Below, piece by piece: positions 50,810-61,070 of a DNA stretch of 64,000 nucleotides (positions are counted from its first letter, which is position 1; each line of letters opens with the position of its first letter). The notes below the pieces were generated by a model that made no database searches, had not been told where the DNA came from, and saw only the letters and a program-made list of their open reading frames with translations. Source of the stretch: an uncultured Chloroflexia bacterium (GTDB taxonomy: Bacteria > Chloroflexota > Anaerolineae > CG2-30-64-16); the NCBI GenBank assembly GCA_963774265.1, contig CAVZDU010000005.1, forward strand, positions 320,001 to 384,000, read 5' to 3'. Made by a program: the position numbers and the translations under genes.

Positions 50810-53800
50810 CTACCTCAGCACTATCGGCAGGTAGATCTGTCTCAGGTGCGTGTCGAGGCCGAACGAGAACTCGGACGTGGTTCCCTGCGGATCCGTGGCC
50901 GTGGCGTGCAAGAACGGCAGCGGCGGCGGGCTGCTCAGCGTCACCGTGAACGTGTTGGTCGCGTTCGCGGTGGCAGCCGCCAGGTAGACCGTACCCGCCG
51001 GCTGCGCGTCGAGGTTGGCGAAAACCTCCACCCGACAGCCCGCGCACGCGGCTCCGGTCAGCGTGCTGCTCTCGATCGTGTACTGGCCGAGGACTGGGGC
51101 GTTCACCGGCCCAATCGGTTGCGGTGTGTCCACGAAGTCAATCGGGAGCCCGGCGTTGTGGTGGATCGCGTTACGAGTGATCGTGTTGCGCAGGGTCTTC
51201 TCACCGCTGATGATCACGCCGGCCAGGTCGTTGAAGAGGATCGAGTTGTACGGCCCGAGGATGTTGCCCTGGCTCTCCCCGGTGAGTACGATGCCGCCAT
51301 TCAGGTTACCCAGATCGCCCGTGCCCGCTGCGCGGGCGCCGATGATATTGCCGGCCACCCGGTTGAGGGTTGTCCCGGTGTTCTGAATCCATACGCCAGC
51401 CCCGCTGTTGCCACTGATCAGGTTGCCCTCGCCCGCCGCCTCCCCGCCCACAACGTTGCCGCTGGCGGCAAAACAGATCGCCACCCCATCCGCCGCATTG
51501 GGTATGGCGTGAGCACCGCTAACATCCGTGCCGATGTAGTTGCCAAGCACGTTGTTCCCGGTCGTCCCCAGGTTTTTGATGTAAACGCCGGCCATCTCGT
51601 TCCCGCTGATGATGTTGCGCATACCGGCCTCTGCACCGCCTACCACGTTGTCAAATGCGCCGAAACCGATATGGACGCCGGCCTGCCCGTTACCGAGCGC
51701 TTTCGCGCCGGTTACGTCGGCGCCGATAGTGTTGCCCAGCACGCGGTTGCCGGTGACATCCTGGTTGATATTGACGCCCATCTCGGCGTTTCCGCTGATG
51801 AGGTTGCCATCCCCCGGCGTCTCCCCGCCGACCAGGTTGTCGCTGGCGCCCTGGGAAATGATCACCCCATCCTTCGCGTTGGCGAGCGCGGCCGTGCCGT
51901 TCACGTCTGTGCCGATGTAGTTGCCCTGCACCCGGTTGCCGGTCGTCCCCGGGTCTTGTAGCTGTACCCCATACAGACCGTTGCCGCTGATGACATTGCG
52001 CGCGCCTGCCGTGTTTCCACCGACCACGTTGCTGGTGGACCCATACATGATCAGAACACCGTTCAGTCCGTTGCCGAGCGATTGTGCGCCCGTGACATCG
52101 GCGCCGATGGTGTTGCCCTTAACTTCGTTGGCCGTGGTCCCGGCGCCCTGCATGAAAACCCCGTGCTTAGCATTGCCGCTGATAATGTTAGCCGCAGCAG
52201 GCGTTTCTCCGCCCACCACGTTTCCGCTGGGACCGTCGATAAGGGCAACGCCATCACCCTGGTTGCCGGGCGCGGTTGTGCCGTTCGCGTCTGTGCCGAC
52301 GTAATTGCCCAGCACCTGGTTGCCGGTCGTCCCTGGATCCTGCAGCCACACGCCGCCGTTGATCAAGTTGCGCGTGCCAGGAGCTTCCCCACCGACCACG
52401 TTGTTGCTGGCCGTGAAGCCGATGAACACGCCTGTCTCGCCGTTGGTCAGGGAATGCGTGCCCGTTGCGTCCAGGCCGATAGTGTTGCCGACGATCCGGT
52501 TGTGATCGGTGCCGGCTTGCTGGAGAGACACCCCGTGCCCGCCGTTGCCACTGATAACGTTGGCCGCACCCGGCGTCTCTCCGCCGATGATGGTGTCGTG
52601 CGCGCCGAGGGCCAGCACGATGCCCACGTCCCCATTGCCTAAGCTGCCCGTGCCCGTACCATCGGTGCCAATGTAGTTGCCCAATATCCGGTTGCCGGCT
52701 GTGTCTGCGTCCTGGAGGTAGATGCCGGCCTCATCAGTCTCATCGTTCCCATCGCTATTTCCGCTGATCAAATTGCGTGCACCCGGTGTATCGCCGCCCA
52801 CCACATTGTTGCTGGCGCCGGCCATGATGACGATGCCGTCTCCGGAGTTTGCCACGGCCTTCGTGCCTGTCGCGTCCGCGCCGACGGTGTTGCCCAGAAT
52901 CCGATTGTCGTCGGAACCCAAACCCTGTATGGTGATGCCCCGGTCGCCGTTGCCGCTGATGACGTTGCCCGCGCCCGCTGCGTTCCCACCGATGGAGTTG
53001 CCGCCCGCGCCACCGAGGATAGTGATGCCGTCGTTGCCGTTGCTTAGCGCACTGATACCAGTCACATCAACGCCGATCAGGTTACCCAACACCTGGTTTC
53101 CCGTGGTCCCCGCGTTTTGGATCCACACGCCGGAACCTCCGTTGCCGCTGATCAGGTTGCCCGCGCCCGCGGACGTCCCGCCGATGGTATTGCCGTGAGC
53201 GCCAAAACCAATCAGGAGGCCAGCCTCTTCGTTGCCTAGGGCGACGATCCCTGAGGCGGCCGTGCCGATGAAGTTGCCCGTCACCCGGTTGCCCGTCGTA
53301 TCTGCGTCCTTGATGAGCACACCGGACAGGCCGTTGCCGCTGATTACATTCCGCAACGCGACCGTTGCGCCGCCCACCACGTTATCGTGCGCGCCGAAGC
53401 CGATAAGGACGCCCAGTTGGCCATTGCCCAGATCGGCCGCACCGTTCACTTCCGTGCCGATGATGTTCCCCACGACCCGGTTGCCCGAGCAGTCCTCGTT
53501 GAGGTTGACGCCGATCCGGCCGTTGCCGCTGATCAGGTTGCCCGTGCCCGGCTCCTCCCCGCCCACCAGGTTGTCATCGGCCGCCAGCAGGACCACCCCA
53601 TCGACGCTGTTTGGGATGGCGCTTGTGCCGTTCAGGTCTGTCCCGATAAAGTTGCCCTGGATGCGATTGTTGATGACGCCCGGCCCCTCCAGCCAGACGC
53701 CCGTATCCCCGTTCCCGCTCACCAGGTTGCCCTGACCCAGGGGCCCCGTGCCGATCCCTCGATCGCCGCCGATGACGCAATCGTGCGCGCCGTCGAGCAG

Positions 53801-54439
53801 CTCGATGCCGTCGCTGGGGAAACCTTCAATCTGTAGCCCGCGAATGGTCACGCTGCCGGCTCCCGACACGACCAGGCCCGCGCCCGCGGACAGGCCGCTT
53901 CCGTCCAGCACCGCGCCGGCATTGCTGCCATCGATGGTCAGGCCGTTTACGGTGATGGCGGGCAGGACCGACGCCAGCTTGATCGCGGCGGGGCTTGCCG
54001 GCGGAAAGACGCCGGCGTCGAAGAGGATGGTCCCGTTCACGGCCGCCTGCAAGAGGCACGCGCGGAGGCTGCCCGAACCGCTGTCAGCCCGGGTCGTGAC
54101 CGTGCAGGTGGCGAGCGTGCCGATGATGGCCTGGCGGTCGCTAAGGCCGGCCAACCGCGCTTTCGACTCCGCGCGGCCGTGTTCGGGCAGCACGGCTCCG
54201 GCGGTGTCAGCGATCGCAGCAGCCTTCGGAGACCGAAGCTCCGCCTTCACCCGACGGCGTCCGGCAGGGGCATACGGTGCAAGCGCCTTCGGCTCGTCGT
54301 AGAGGGCGCCGCCGGCCAGGTGCGCGTCCAGGTGCGCGGCACTTTCCCCGTCCAGGTGCCCGGCACCTTCAAGGTGCCGGGCACCTCCTCCTCCTGCAAG
54401 AGCGGCGCAGATGACTATGAAAATGATCCGTCTGAACAT
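50810..54439 (-). CDS. Secreted parallel beta-helix repeat protein with C-terminal YLPIV motif
   Basis: TVTTRADSGSGSLRACL; many ~56-aa NLISGN...GNxIGTD repeats; ATATDPQGTTSEFS; IYLPIVLR. Confidence 0.85.
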   Translation of the reverse strand: MFRRIIFIVICAALAGGGGARHLEGAGHLDGESAAHLDAHLAGGALYDEPKALAPYAPAGRRRVKAELRSPKAAAIADTAGAVLPEHGRAESKARLAGLSDRQAIIGTLATCTVTTRADSGSGSLRACLLQAAVNGTILFDAGVFPPASPAAIKLASVLPAITVNGLTIDGSNAGAVLDGSGLSAGAGLVVSGAGSVTIRGLQIEGFPSDGIELLDGAHDCVIGGDRGIGTGPLGQGNLVSGNGDTGVWLEGPGVINNRIQGNFIGTDLNGTSAIPNSVDGVVLLAADDNLVGGEEPGTGNLISGNGRIGVNLNEDCSGNRVVGNIIGTEVNGAADLGNGQLGVLIGFGAHDNVVGGATVALRNVISGNGLSGVLIKDADTTGNRVTGNFIGTAASGIVALGNEEAGLLIGFGAHGNTIGGTSAGAGNLISGNGGSGVWIQNAGTTGNQVLGNLIGVDVTGISALSNGNDGITILGGAGGNSIGGNAAGAGNVISGNGDRGITIQGLGSDDNRILGNTVGADATGTKAVANSGDGIVIMAGASNNVVGGDTPGARNLISGNSDGNDETDEAGIYLQDADTAGNRILGNYIGTDGTGTGSLGNGDVGIVLALGAHDTIIGGETPGAANVISGNGGHGVSLQQAGTDHNRIVGNTIGLDATGTHSLTNGETGVFIGFTASNNVVGGEAPGTRNLINGGVWLQDPGTTGNQVLGNYVGTDANGTTAPGNQGDGVALIDGPSGNVVGGETPAAANIISGNAKHGVFMQGAGTTANEVKGNTIGADVTGAQSLGNGLNGVLIMYGSTSNVVGGNTAGARNVISGNGLYGVQLQDPGTTGNRVQGNYIGTDVNGTAALANAKDGVIISQGASDNLVGGETPGDGNLISGNAEMGVNINQDVTGNRVLGNTIGADVTGAKALGNGQAGVHIGFGAFDNVVGGAEAGMRNIISGNEMAGVYIKNLGTTGNNVLGNYIGTDVSGAHAIPNAADGVAICFAASGNVVGGEAAGEGNLISGNSGAGVWIQNTGTTLNRVAGNIIGARAAGTGDLGNLNGGIVLTGESQGNILGPYNSILFNDLAGVIISGEKTLRNTITRNAIHHNAGLPIDFVDTPQPIGPVNAPVLGQYTIESSTLTGAACAGCRVEVFANLDAQPAGTVYLAAATANATNTFTVTLSSPPPLPFLHATATDPQGTTSEFSFGLDTHLRQIYLPIVLR
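54354..54386. repeat. Palindromic element inside a coding sequence
   Basis: aggtgcccggcacctt-c-aaggtgccgggcacct; relatives at 54460-54492 and 57783-57815. Confidence 0.8.
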
Positions 54440-54505
54440 GGTCTTTCCTCTTCTGAATACCCGGCACCTCCTGGCACTAAGTGCCGGGCGCCACCGGGCA
54501 GATGA

Positions 54506-57500
54506 TCAGAGCGATCGGCGGAGGTCGCGCGCCAGCTCGGCGTCGAGGCGCGCGCCCAACTCGTCGAAGATGGCGAGGGCGCGCTCGCAAGTCGACCGGG
54601 CTTGTACGCGTGTCGCCCCGTCGGCCCCTGCTCCCTGCAACCGGGCGAGCACAACCAACGTCAAGGCCATTTCGTACGGGTTGCGCTGCGCTTCGAGGAT
54701 GGCCAGGCTCTCGCGTAAGGAGGTTTCTGCCTCGACACGCCGTTCCAACGCAAAGTAGACTTGGCCCAGGATGCACCGCGCCTGACCCAGCTCGATGCGA
54801 CGCTCCAGTCGGGTCGCCCAATCCACGGCCTGCTGCGCCAGCATCAGCGCTTCGTCCGGACGCCCGCCCAATAGCTGAAGCTCAGCCTGGTAGCGCAATA
54901 TCTCCGGCAGGTACACGTCAGTCCCGATGCGCTGAAAAGTGGCCAGGCCTTGCTCCAGGTGCTCCGCGGCCTGCGCGACCGCACCCTGCTTCAGGTAGGA
55001 TGCGCCCAGGTTCATGAACGCCATGCCGGTGGCCTCCTGGAAGCCGAACTCCTCGCCGATCTGCCGAGCCCGTTCGTAGACCGCGATCGCCCGTTCCAGA
55101 TCGCCCTGCCGGCGGTAGATCTCGCCCAGGTTGATGGCCGCGGCGGCCTGTCGCCATGTTTCACCGGTCCGCTCGGCCAGCTCGGCGCTGCGCTCGAAAC
55201 AACGCAACGCCTCGGGCCACCGGCTCAGGTCCTGGTACACGCAGCCGAGGTTGCTGGTGGCGCGTTCGAGTCCGGCGCTGTCGCCGGCTGCCTCGTAAAG
55301 GGCGATGCTGCGCTCGTGCGCCTCGATGGCCGGCCCGCTCTCGCCCATGTTGCGGTGGATGAGGCCTTGAAGGTTGTACGCCTGGGCGAGATCCTGCGGG
55401 CTATCGGCCTGCGCCAGGATGGCGATTCCCTGTTCGCAGGACGCCAGCGATTGGGCCAGCTCGCCGCGGCGAAAACGCAGCAATCCATTCCACACGTGCA
55501 GCCGGCCCGCCTCCAGGCACGCCTGCCCGTCTACGACGGACAACCCTTTTTCCAGCGCAGCCTGGGCTGCGACGAGATCGCCCCGGTCGTGCAACGCCAT
55601 CGCCAGCCTGCGGTACAGATCGGCCTGCCGCGGCGCGGCGAAGATCGCTGAGCCTGCCACCAACTCCAGCGCAAGCGTATAGCCGGCGATCGCCTCATCC
55701 AGGCGGCCGATCGCGGCTTGGACGCCGGCCTGCCCCTCGCTGGCCTCGACGCGCCAACGGAGGAGCTGATCCAACGTGGCGCCGCGCTCCTGTTCGGCCT
55801 CATCGGGCGGCAGGGTCGCGAAGTTCCTGGCTTTTGCCAGCGCCCGGTCGAACCAGTTCAGCGCGATGGTATTGGCCCACGTATCGGCGGCGCGTCGGGC
55901 AGCCCACAGGCAATAGCGAAGGGCTGAACAGCGGTCGTCGCTGCGGTCGAAATGATGCGCCAACAGCTCGAGAGCCTCGACCTCGCGGCCCGCGTAAACC
56001 CGCTCCAACGCCCGTCCCAGGCATAGATGTGTGCGCGGCTGTGCGTCGGCGGTGAGTGCATCGTAGGCAACTTCGCGAAGCAGGGCGTGCGTGAAGCGGT
56101 AGCTCGGTTCGCCCCAGCGATGGTAGAGAAACTCGCGGGCTTCCAATTGCAGCAGACCCTCATCCAGCGCGGCATCGCCGCCGGTCTCGGCCAGTGCTGC
56201 GGCCAACACCTCGACGTCCACCTGATCGCCGGCGACCGCAGCCATCGACAACACACGCCGCGCGGCTTCCGGCAACGCGTCCATGCGAGTCAAGATGAGG
56301 CGTTGCACCGTGCTCGGCAGGAGAGCCGGCGACGCGGCCTCGGCCGAGGCCGAGGTTGCGGATTCTCGCACCGCCAGCGTCAGCTCACGGAGGAAGAACG
56401 GGTTCCCCCCCGCCCGATCGAGGATCGCCCGAGACAGGGCGGGGGGAACGACCTCAGGCGCGAACAACGCAGCCAGCAGGCTAGCGCTCTCAGCTTCCCC
56501 AAGGCTGGCCAGCCGCAGCCAGCGATGATTCTGCCGGTTCCACCAGGGCGGCTGCCAGGAGGTCTCGGAACGGAAAAGCGCGATGAGCAGCACGGGCAGC
56601 CGCTCAAAGCCGCCGGCAAACTGGTCGAGCACGTCGAGGCTGGCATCGTCGGCCCAATGCAAATCGTCCAGAATGACGATCAGCGGCTGATGGACGGCGC
56701 GCCGTGCCAGCAGCCTGCCGAGCAGGCGCACGATCCGGCGCTGGAGGGCCCTGGGCTCAACCTGGGCCTGCGGGAGATCGATCGGTGAAGTCACGGCGAG
56801 AATTTCTGCCAGGACGGCTACGTCTTCCGAATGGGCCAACCCCGCTGCATCCACCCCCAGCGCGCGGCCGAGCGCCGCGGCCAAATGACTGCGCGCCTCC
56901 GCGCCGGCAAGGGATGGCGCAAGGTCCAACAGGCCGCGAAATAGATCCGCCACCAGTTCGTATGGGCCAGGACGATAGGATGATCGGCAGGCTGCGGCCA
57001 ACCAGCGGATCTCCCTGGTGGAGCCGGAGGTCCCTTGTTCCGCAGGGCCGGTTCCCGGTGGGTCAACTCCCTGGCGAAATTCCTGCAGCAGTCGCGACTT
57101 GCCCGACCCCGCCTCACCTGCGATGCTGACGATCTGTCCCCGGCCCTGGCGGCATACATGCCAGGCTTCCTGGAGCGTAGCCAACTCGCGCTGTCGCCCG
57201 ATGAGCGGCGCCTGGTGTCCGGGCGCCTGCCAGCGGAACGGATCACCGGCGGTCGGCCCCAACACCTGGTAAGCCGCGAAAGCGGGATCAGCTTCCAGCC
57301 GCACATCCGGCCGGGCGGCCAGCTCGAAGAGAGAACCGGTCAGGCGCCGCACTGGTTCGGCGGCCAGGATGGCGCCGTCGCCAGCCTGCCGGGCCAGCCA
57401 CACGGCCTGGTTCACCGCCTCGCCCAGCAGTGTCACGAGATGCGACCTCCAACCGTCCTGTGGAGGCCCCCCGCCGCGGTCCTCGGCTGCGAGAAGGTCG

Positions 57501-59016
57501 CCGCTGCTCAGGCCCACGGCAACGCCCGGGCCGCGGCCGGCGCTGGGGCCCTGCGTCCCACGGGGACGGCTCTCATTCACTGCGATCATCTCCAGCGCCG
57601 CGCGCACGGCCCGTTCTGCGTCGTTCTCGCGCGTCCCAGACAGGCCAAAGACGCCAATGAGGAGATCGTGGCCGAAATCCAGCGGCCGGCCGCCGTAGCG
57701 GAGGATCAGCCCGGCCAGCGCCTCGACCTGCTCCGCCAGCTCGCCCACGAGCGGCGCGCCGGCACTCCCCAGGTGCCCCCCCAGGTGCCCGGCACTTCGA
57801 AAGTGCCGGGCACCTTCTGCACCTTTTTTCTCGCGATCCGGCTCCCCCCACAGCGCCTGGACGCCCAGCAGGCGAGCGGCCAACACGGATGCAGGCCGGC
57901 GTTCGACCCGTGGCGGGGCCAGCAGTGGCGCGTCGGGGTCGCCGTAGAGGGCAAAGGAGGCCCACAGCGGATCCGCGGGGTTAGCCGTGCGCGCCGCCCT
58001 GCCGCGCCTGACGCATTGCTTCCCCCGCCGGCATCCCGCGCAGCGCCGCCTGGTAGAAGGAGAGGACGAACACGGGCGCGTTGGGGTCGGCCACCGGCCA
58101 GAGGGTGCCGATGACCGCCTGCCGCGCCGCCCTGGACAAAGGCGGAGGCCAGACCGGCGGCGTTCTGGCCAAGGTAGGCCAGGCCTGCGGGGTCGTCCAC
58201 GCTTGCGGCGTCGACCTGCTGGCGCGCGGTTTCGCACCCGTTGAGGAAAACGAACGGCCGTCCGCCAAGGTTCTTCTCGATCTCGGCGCCTGTCAGCACC
58301 TCGTTCGGCGCCAGGATCAGCCCGCCGCCTTCGGGTGTGGCAGGGTCGAAAAAAGCGTGGCCGGAGTAGTGGACCAGGTCGTATGCGCCGCTGGCGAGCT
58401 CGCCCAGCACCGCCGAACGGGTCGCGCGGCGGCGCATCAGGATGCGCGGCGGGGCTGTGCCCGGCGTGGCCTGGAGCAAGCGCACCAGCTCCTCGACTTC
58501 CCGATCTGCATGGGGCAGATCACCGGTGGGGTTGCCGATGATCAGCGCGGTGAACTGCCGGCGAGGGGGCAGGGGGTTTTGCCGCGGCGGGTGCGCCAAT
58601 AGGAACCGCCGGGCAACTGCAACCTTGAGGGCCAGGTAGTCCTCGCCATCGTGCGCCAGCTCCCACGATAGCTCCCCAGCGCTGGCGTCGATCAACAGCG
58701 ACGCCCCGGGGGGGAGCTCGGCGAGGGCTTGCATGACGGCCGGGGGCAGCCGGTTGTAGATCAGGCGCGCGATGCGGAAGAGAGGATCGATCGCCGTAGA
58801 GTCGCTGGCAGAAGCGGCAGCGTGGGGGCGCAGGATGCGTTGGCCGAGCAAACGCGCCGCGCGGTCGAGCTCGGCCCGCTGCGCCCGATCGGCCTCCGGG
58901 GACCGCGGTTCCCGCGCCAGCAGGATGGCGGCACCGGGCCGTGAGCCGGCCGGCTGCCACATGAACTGGCACGAATCGCCCTCCTGCAGCAGCGATAAGA
59001 CCGCGGGTGACGACAC
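54506..59016 (-). CDS. CHAT (caspase-like) protease + degenerate class III cyclase + STAND ATPase + TPR protein (frameshifts near 58120 and 57990)
   Basis: LSWEL, IIGNPTGDLP, VHYSGH, FLNGCET, VIGTLWPV, WASFALYGDP; ENDAERAVRAAL; LIGRQREL, GEAGSGKS, ILDDLHWAD, GGNPFFLREL, FTHALLREVAY; TPR array. Confidence 0.85.
57783..57815. repeat. Palindromic element inside the cyclase-like domain
   Basis: aggtgcccggcactt-cga-aagtgccgggcacct. Confidence 0.8.
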
Positions 59017-59035
59017 GGGAAACCCCTTTCGACCA

Positions 59036-59926
59036 TCAGGCCGATGCAAATAATAGCGGAAACTCCCACGCCTTCTCGGCGTACTCGACGCGAATCAGGT
59101 ACTCACCGATATCCAGGTCACGGAACAGAACCACGCCATCTGCGCCGGTGGAGGCGCCCTCCAGCAAGGTCCCATCGGCATCCCGCAACGTCACACGGGC
59201 CTGCGCGATGGGTTGGGGCGGATCGATCGTGCCGGCCGCCAGGGCGAGCACGCCCCTGTCCTCGAAGACCGGCCCGAGACTGACCTTGAGCATCAGATTG
59301 GCCTCGGGATGGGGCAGCGCGAGCAGTTCGAGAAAATCCCGTGCTTCCTCAGCGGGGGCACGCGGCCTTTTGTCCCGGTATACCGGGATGGGCGCCAACT
59401 GGACGGTCAAGGGCGCGGCCAGCACGCCGAATGAGGCGCCGGCGCGGTCGATCAACACCGGGATGGTGGCGGCCAGACGATGCAGGCCCTCGGCGGTTTG
59501 CTTCCAGAGGCCAGATTGCACGCCCGGCAGGAAGGACAGGTCCGGCCTCGGGTAGGAGGGTGGTTCCGCGCCACTCTCCCCATCAGCCAGTGAAAACAGG
59601 CCGATCAGCGACGTTTGCGCGGCGGCGCAGTGGGGACACGCCTCCAGGTGACGCCTGACGTGGACCCACTCAGGCCCGTCGGATTCGCCCAGGCTCTCTG
59701 CGGCCAGATAACCGGGCAGAACCCCCTGGCACTCCTCGCAGGTGAGGACGTCTTCGTCCGCTATCTCTGCCGCCAGCAGTCGCACCAGGTGACTTGCTCG
59801 CCCTCTGCACGCGGGGCACGCCCTGAAATGATCGTGCACCCCCACGATTTCGGAGCGGCGCGTCTCCGGAGCATTCAGAAATTCCTCGAACGCCTCGATC
59901 ACCTCGCGGCAACCGGTCTTCGCCAT
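59036..59926 (-). CDS. Double zinc-finger (ZAS-like) anti-sigma factor with C-terminal Ig/carboxypeptidase-regulatory-like domain
   Basis: C...HFRACPAC and C...HLEACPHC; ARVTL...TGADGVVLFRDLDIGEYLIRV; no TM segment. Confidence 0.82.
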   Translation of the reverse strand: MAKTGCREVIEAFEEFLNAPETRRSEIVGVHDHFRACPACRGRASHLVRLLAAEIADEDVLTCEECQGVLPGYLAAESLGESDGPEWVHVRRHLEACPHCAAAQTSLIGLFSLADGESGAEPPSYPRPDLSFLPGVQSGLWKQTAEGLHRLAATIPVLIDRAGASFGVLAAPLTVQLAPIPVYRDKRPRAPAEEARDFLELLALPHPEANLMLKVSLGPVFEDRGVLALAAGTIDPPQPIAQARVTLRDADGTLLEGASTGADGVVLFRDLDIGEYLIRVEYAEKAWEFPLLFASA

Positions 59927-60774
59927 GTCATTATTCCCCCTTGAATAGCATCGTCCGAACATGAAAGAGAGCCCGAGCCGCAAAACGTTACAGTTCTCAA
60001 CGTCGAGAACCAGGAGGCTCGCTTGACAAGGCTGCGTTCAGCTGCCGCGTCAGCCCGGAGCCGGTCCACTCCCCTGTGGCGCAGGACGCGCACATGTCCG
60101 GACGTTATGCCAAGACGATGGCCGATATCTTCATCGCTCAACCCACCGAAGAACTTCCATAATACAACGGAGCGCTGCCGGGGATAAGGCAGCCGCTCGA
60201 TTGCTTGCAGCAGCGCGGCCGTGCTCTCTGCGGACAGCAGGCGCTCGGCCAACGCACCCGCTTGACCATCGGCAAGCATTTCGGCCAGATCATCCAGCAC
60301 GACATCGCTCCCTTTCCGGGCACGCTGCTCCTGCTGGAAAGCATGGCGCAGCTTGTTCAGCGCAAACGCCAGGAAAGTGCCGGGCTCGCGGCAGCGATCG
60401 AGCTGCACATAGACCAGGACCAGCGCGCGCTGGGCCGCGTCCTCCGCCAGCTCGGGCCAGCGGTTATAGGCCGCGCGGTATAGGACGCGGTGCAGGTCCC
60501 CGAAGGCGGCCTCGCGCTTTTGAGGGTCCCGGTTTTGGAGACATGCTTCGTACAGAAGGGCCGAGTAGTGGTGCTTGGCGAGCCGGTCGAAGGTGGCAGA
60601 CGAAGCGTCGGGCCCGGCAGCACGCCAGACGCGGTCCACGAGCTCTTCTTCGCCGGCGCACGTCCAGGCGCCCCTGGCCATCAGCGTAATCACCGCCGAC
60701 CGGCAGGCCGCGCGAGCATAATCTGAGGAGATGGGTTCCTCGGCTGTTATCTCATCCATGACGGCTGCGTCCAC
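59899..60774 (-). CDS. ECF-type RNA polymerase sigma factor (C-terminal extension may reflect a frameshift)
   Basis: AEDAAQRALV, FLAFAL (region 2); LPYPRQRSVV...GLSDEDIGHRLGITSGHVRVLRHRG (region 4). Confidence 0.88.
   Translation of the reverse strand: MDAAVMDEITAEEPISSDYARAACRSAVITLMARGAWTCAGEEELVDRVWRAAGPDASSATFDRLAKHHYSALLYEACLQNRDPQKREAAFGDLHRVLYRAAYNRWPELAEDAAQRALVLVYVQLDRCREPGTFLAFALNKLRHAFQQEQRARKGSDVVLDDLAEMLADGQAGALAERLLSAESTAALLQAIERLPYPRQRSVVLWKFFGGLSDEDIGHRLGITSGHVRVLRHRGVDRLRADAAAERSLVKRASWFSTLRTVTFCGSGSLSCSDDAIQGGIMTWRRPVAAR
59964..59993 (-). promoter_or_regulatory. Putative ECF promoter upstream of the anti-sigma/CHAT operon
   Basis: CTGTAAC-N17-CTCTTT, 38 nt before the anti-sigma ATG. 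Confidence 0.65.
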
Positions 60775-60892
60775 ATGGGTTCTGGAGGCGCCTGGCTGCC
60801 CGGACGCCGGTGAATTCCATCGCGACTGGAGGCGACCGCATGATAGCGCACGCCGCGATTCTTGCCAAGTCGGTGGAGGCCGGGGCGAAAGG

Positions 60893-60922
60893 CTGTAACA
60901 CGATCGGCCGCAGCTGCTCTTT
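60893..60922 (+). promoter_or_regulatory. Putative ECF promoter upstream of the FxLYD lipoprotein genes
   Basis: CTGTAAC-N17-CTCTTT with identical boxes and spacing. Confidence 0.65.
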
Positions 60923-61070
60923 TATCCATAGAAAATAGGGAGTTGTCTGCCTTTGCCGCTGGCCGCACCTGATCTATCATACCGTGCTGGCCGGGATGAT
61001 CTCCACTTGCACCGATTCGCACAGACGCCGCCGCGAAGGCCGTTCGCCATGACAATGAAAGGGAAGCGCC

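Noticed and set aside
48900-53800. Repetitive DNA as a tandem-repeat or mobile array
   Set aside because: Explained by beta-helix protein repeats on the minus strand
54506-60774. Type III-E CRISPR (Craspase) locus, suggested by CHAT plus sigma factor
   Set aside because: No Cas7-11, other cas gene or repeat-spacer array recognised in the window
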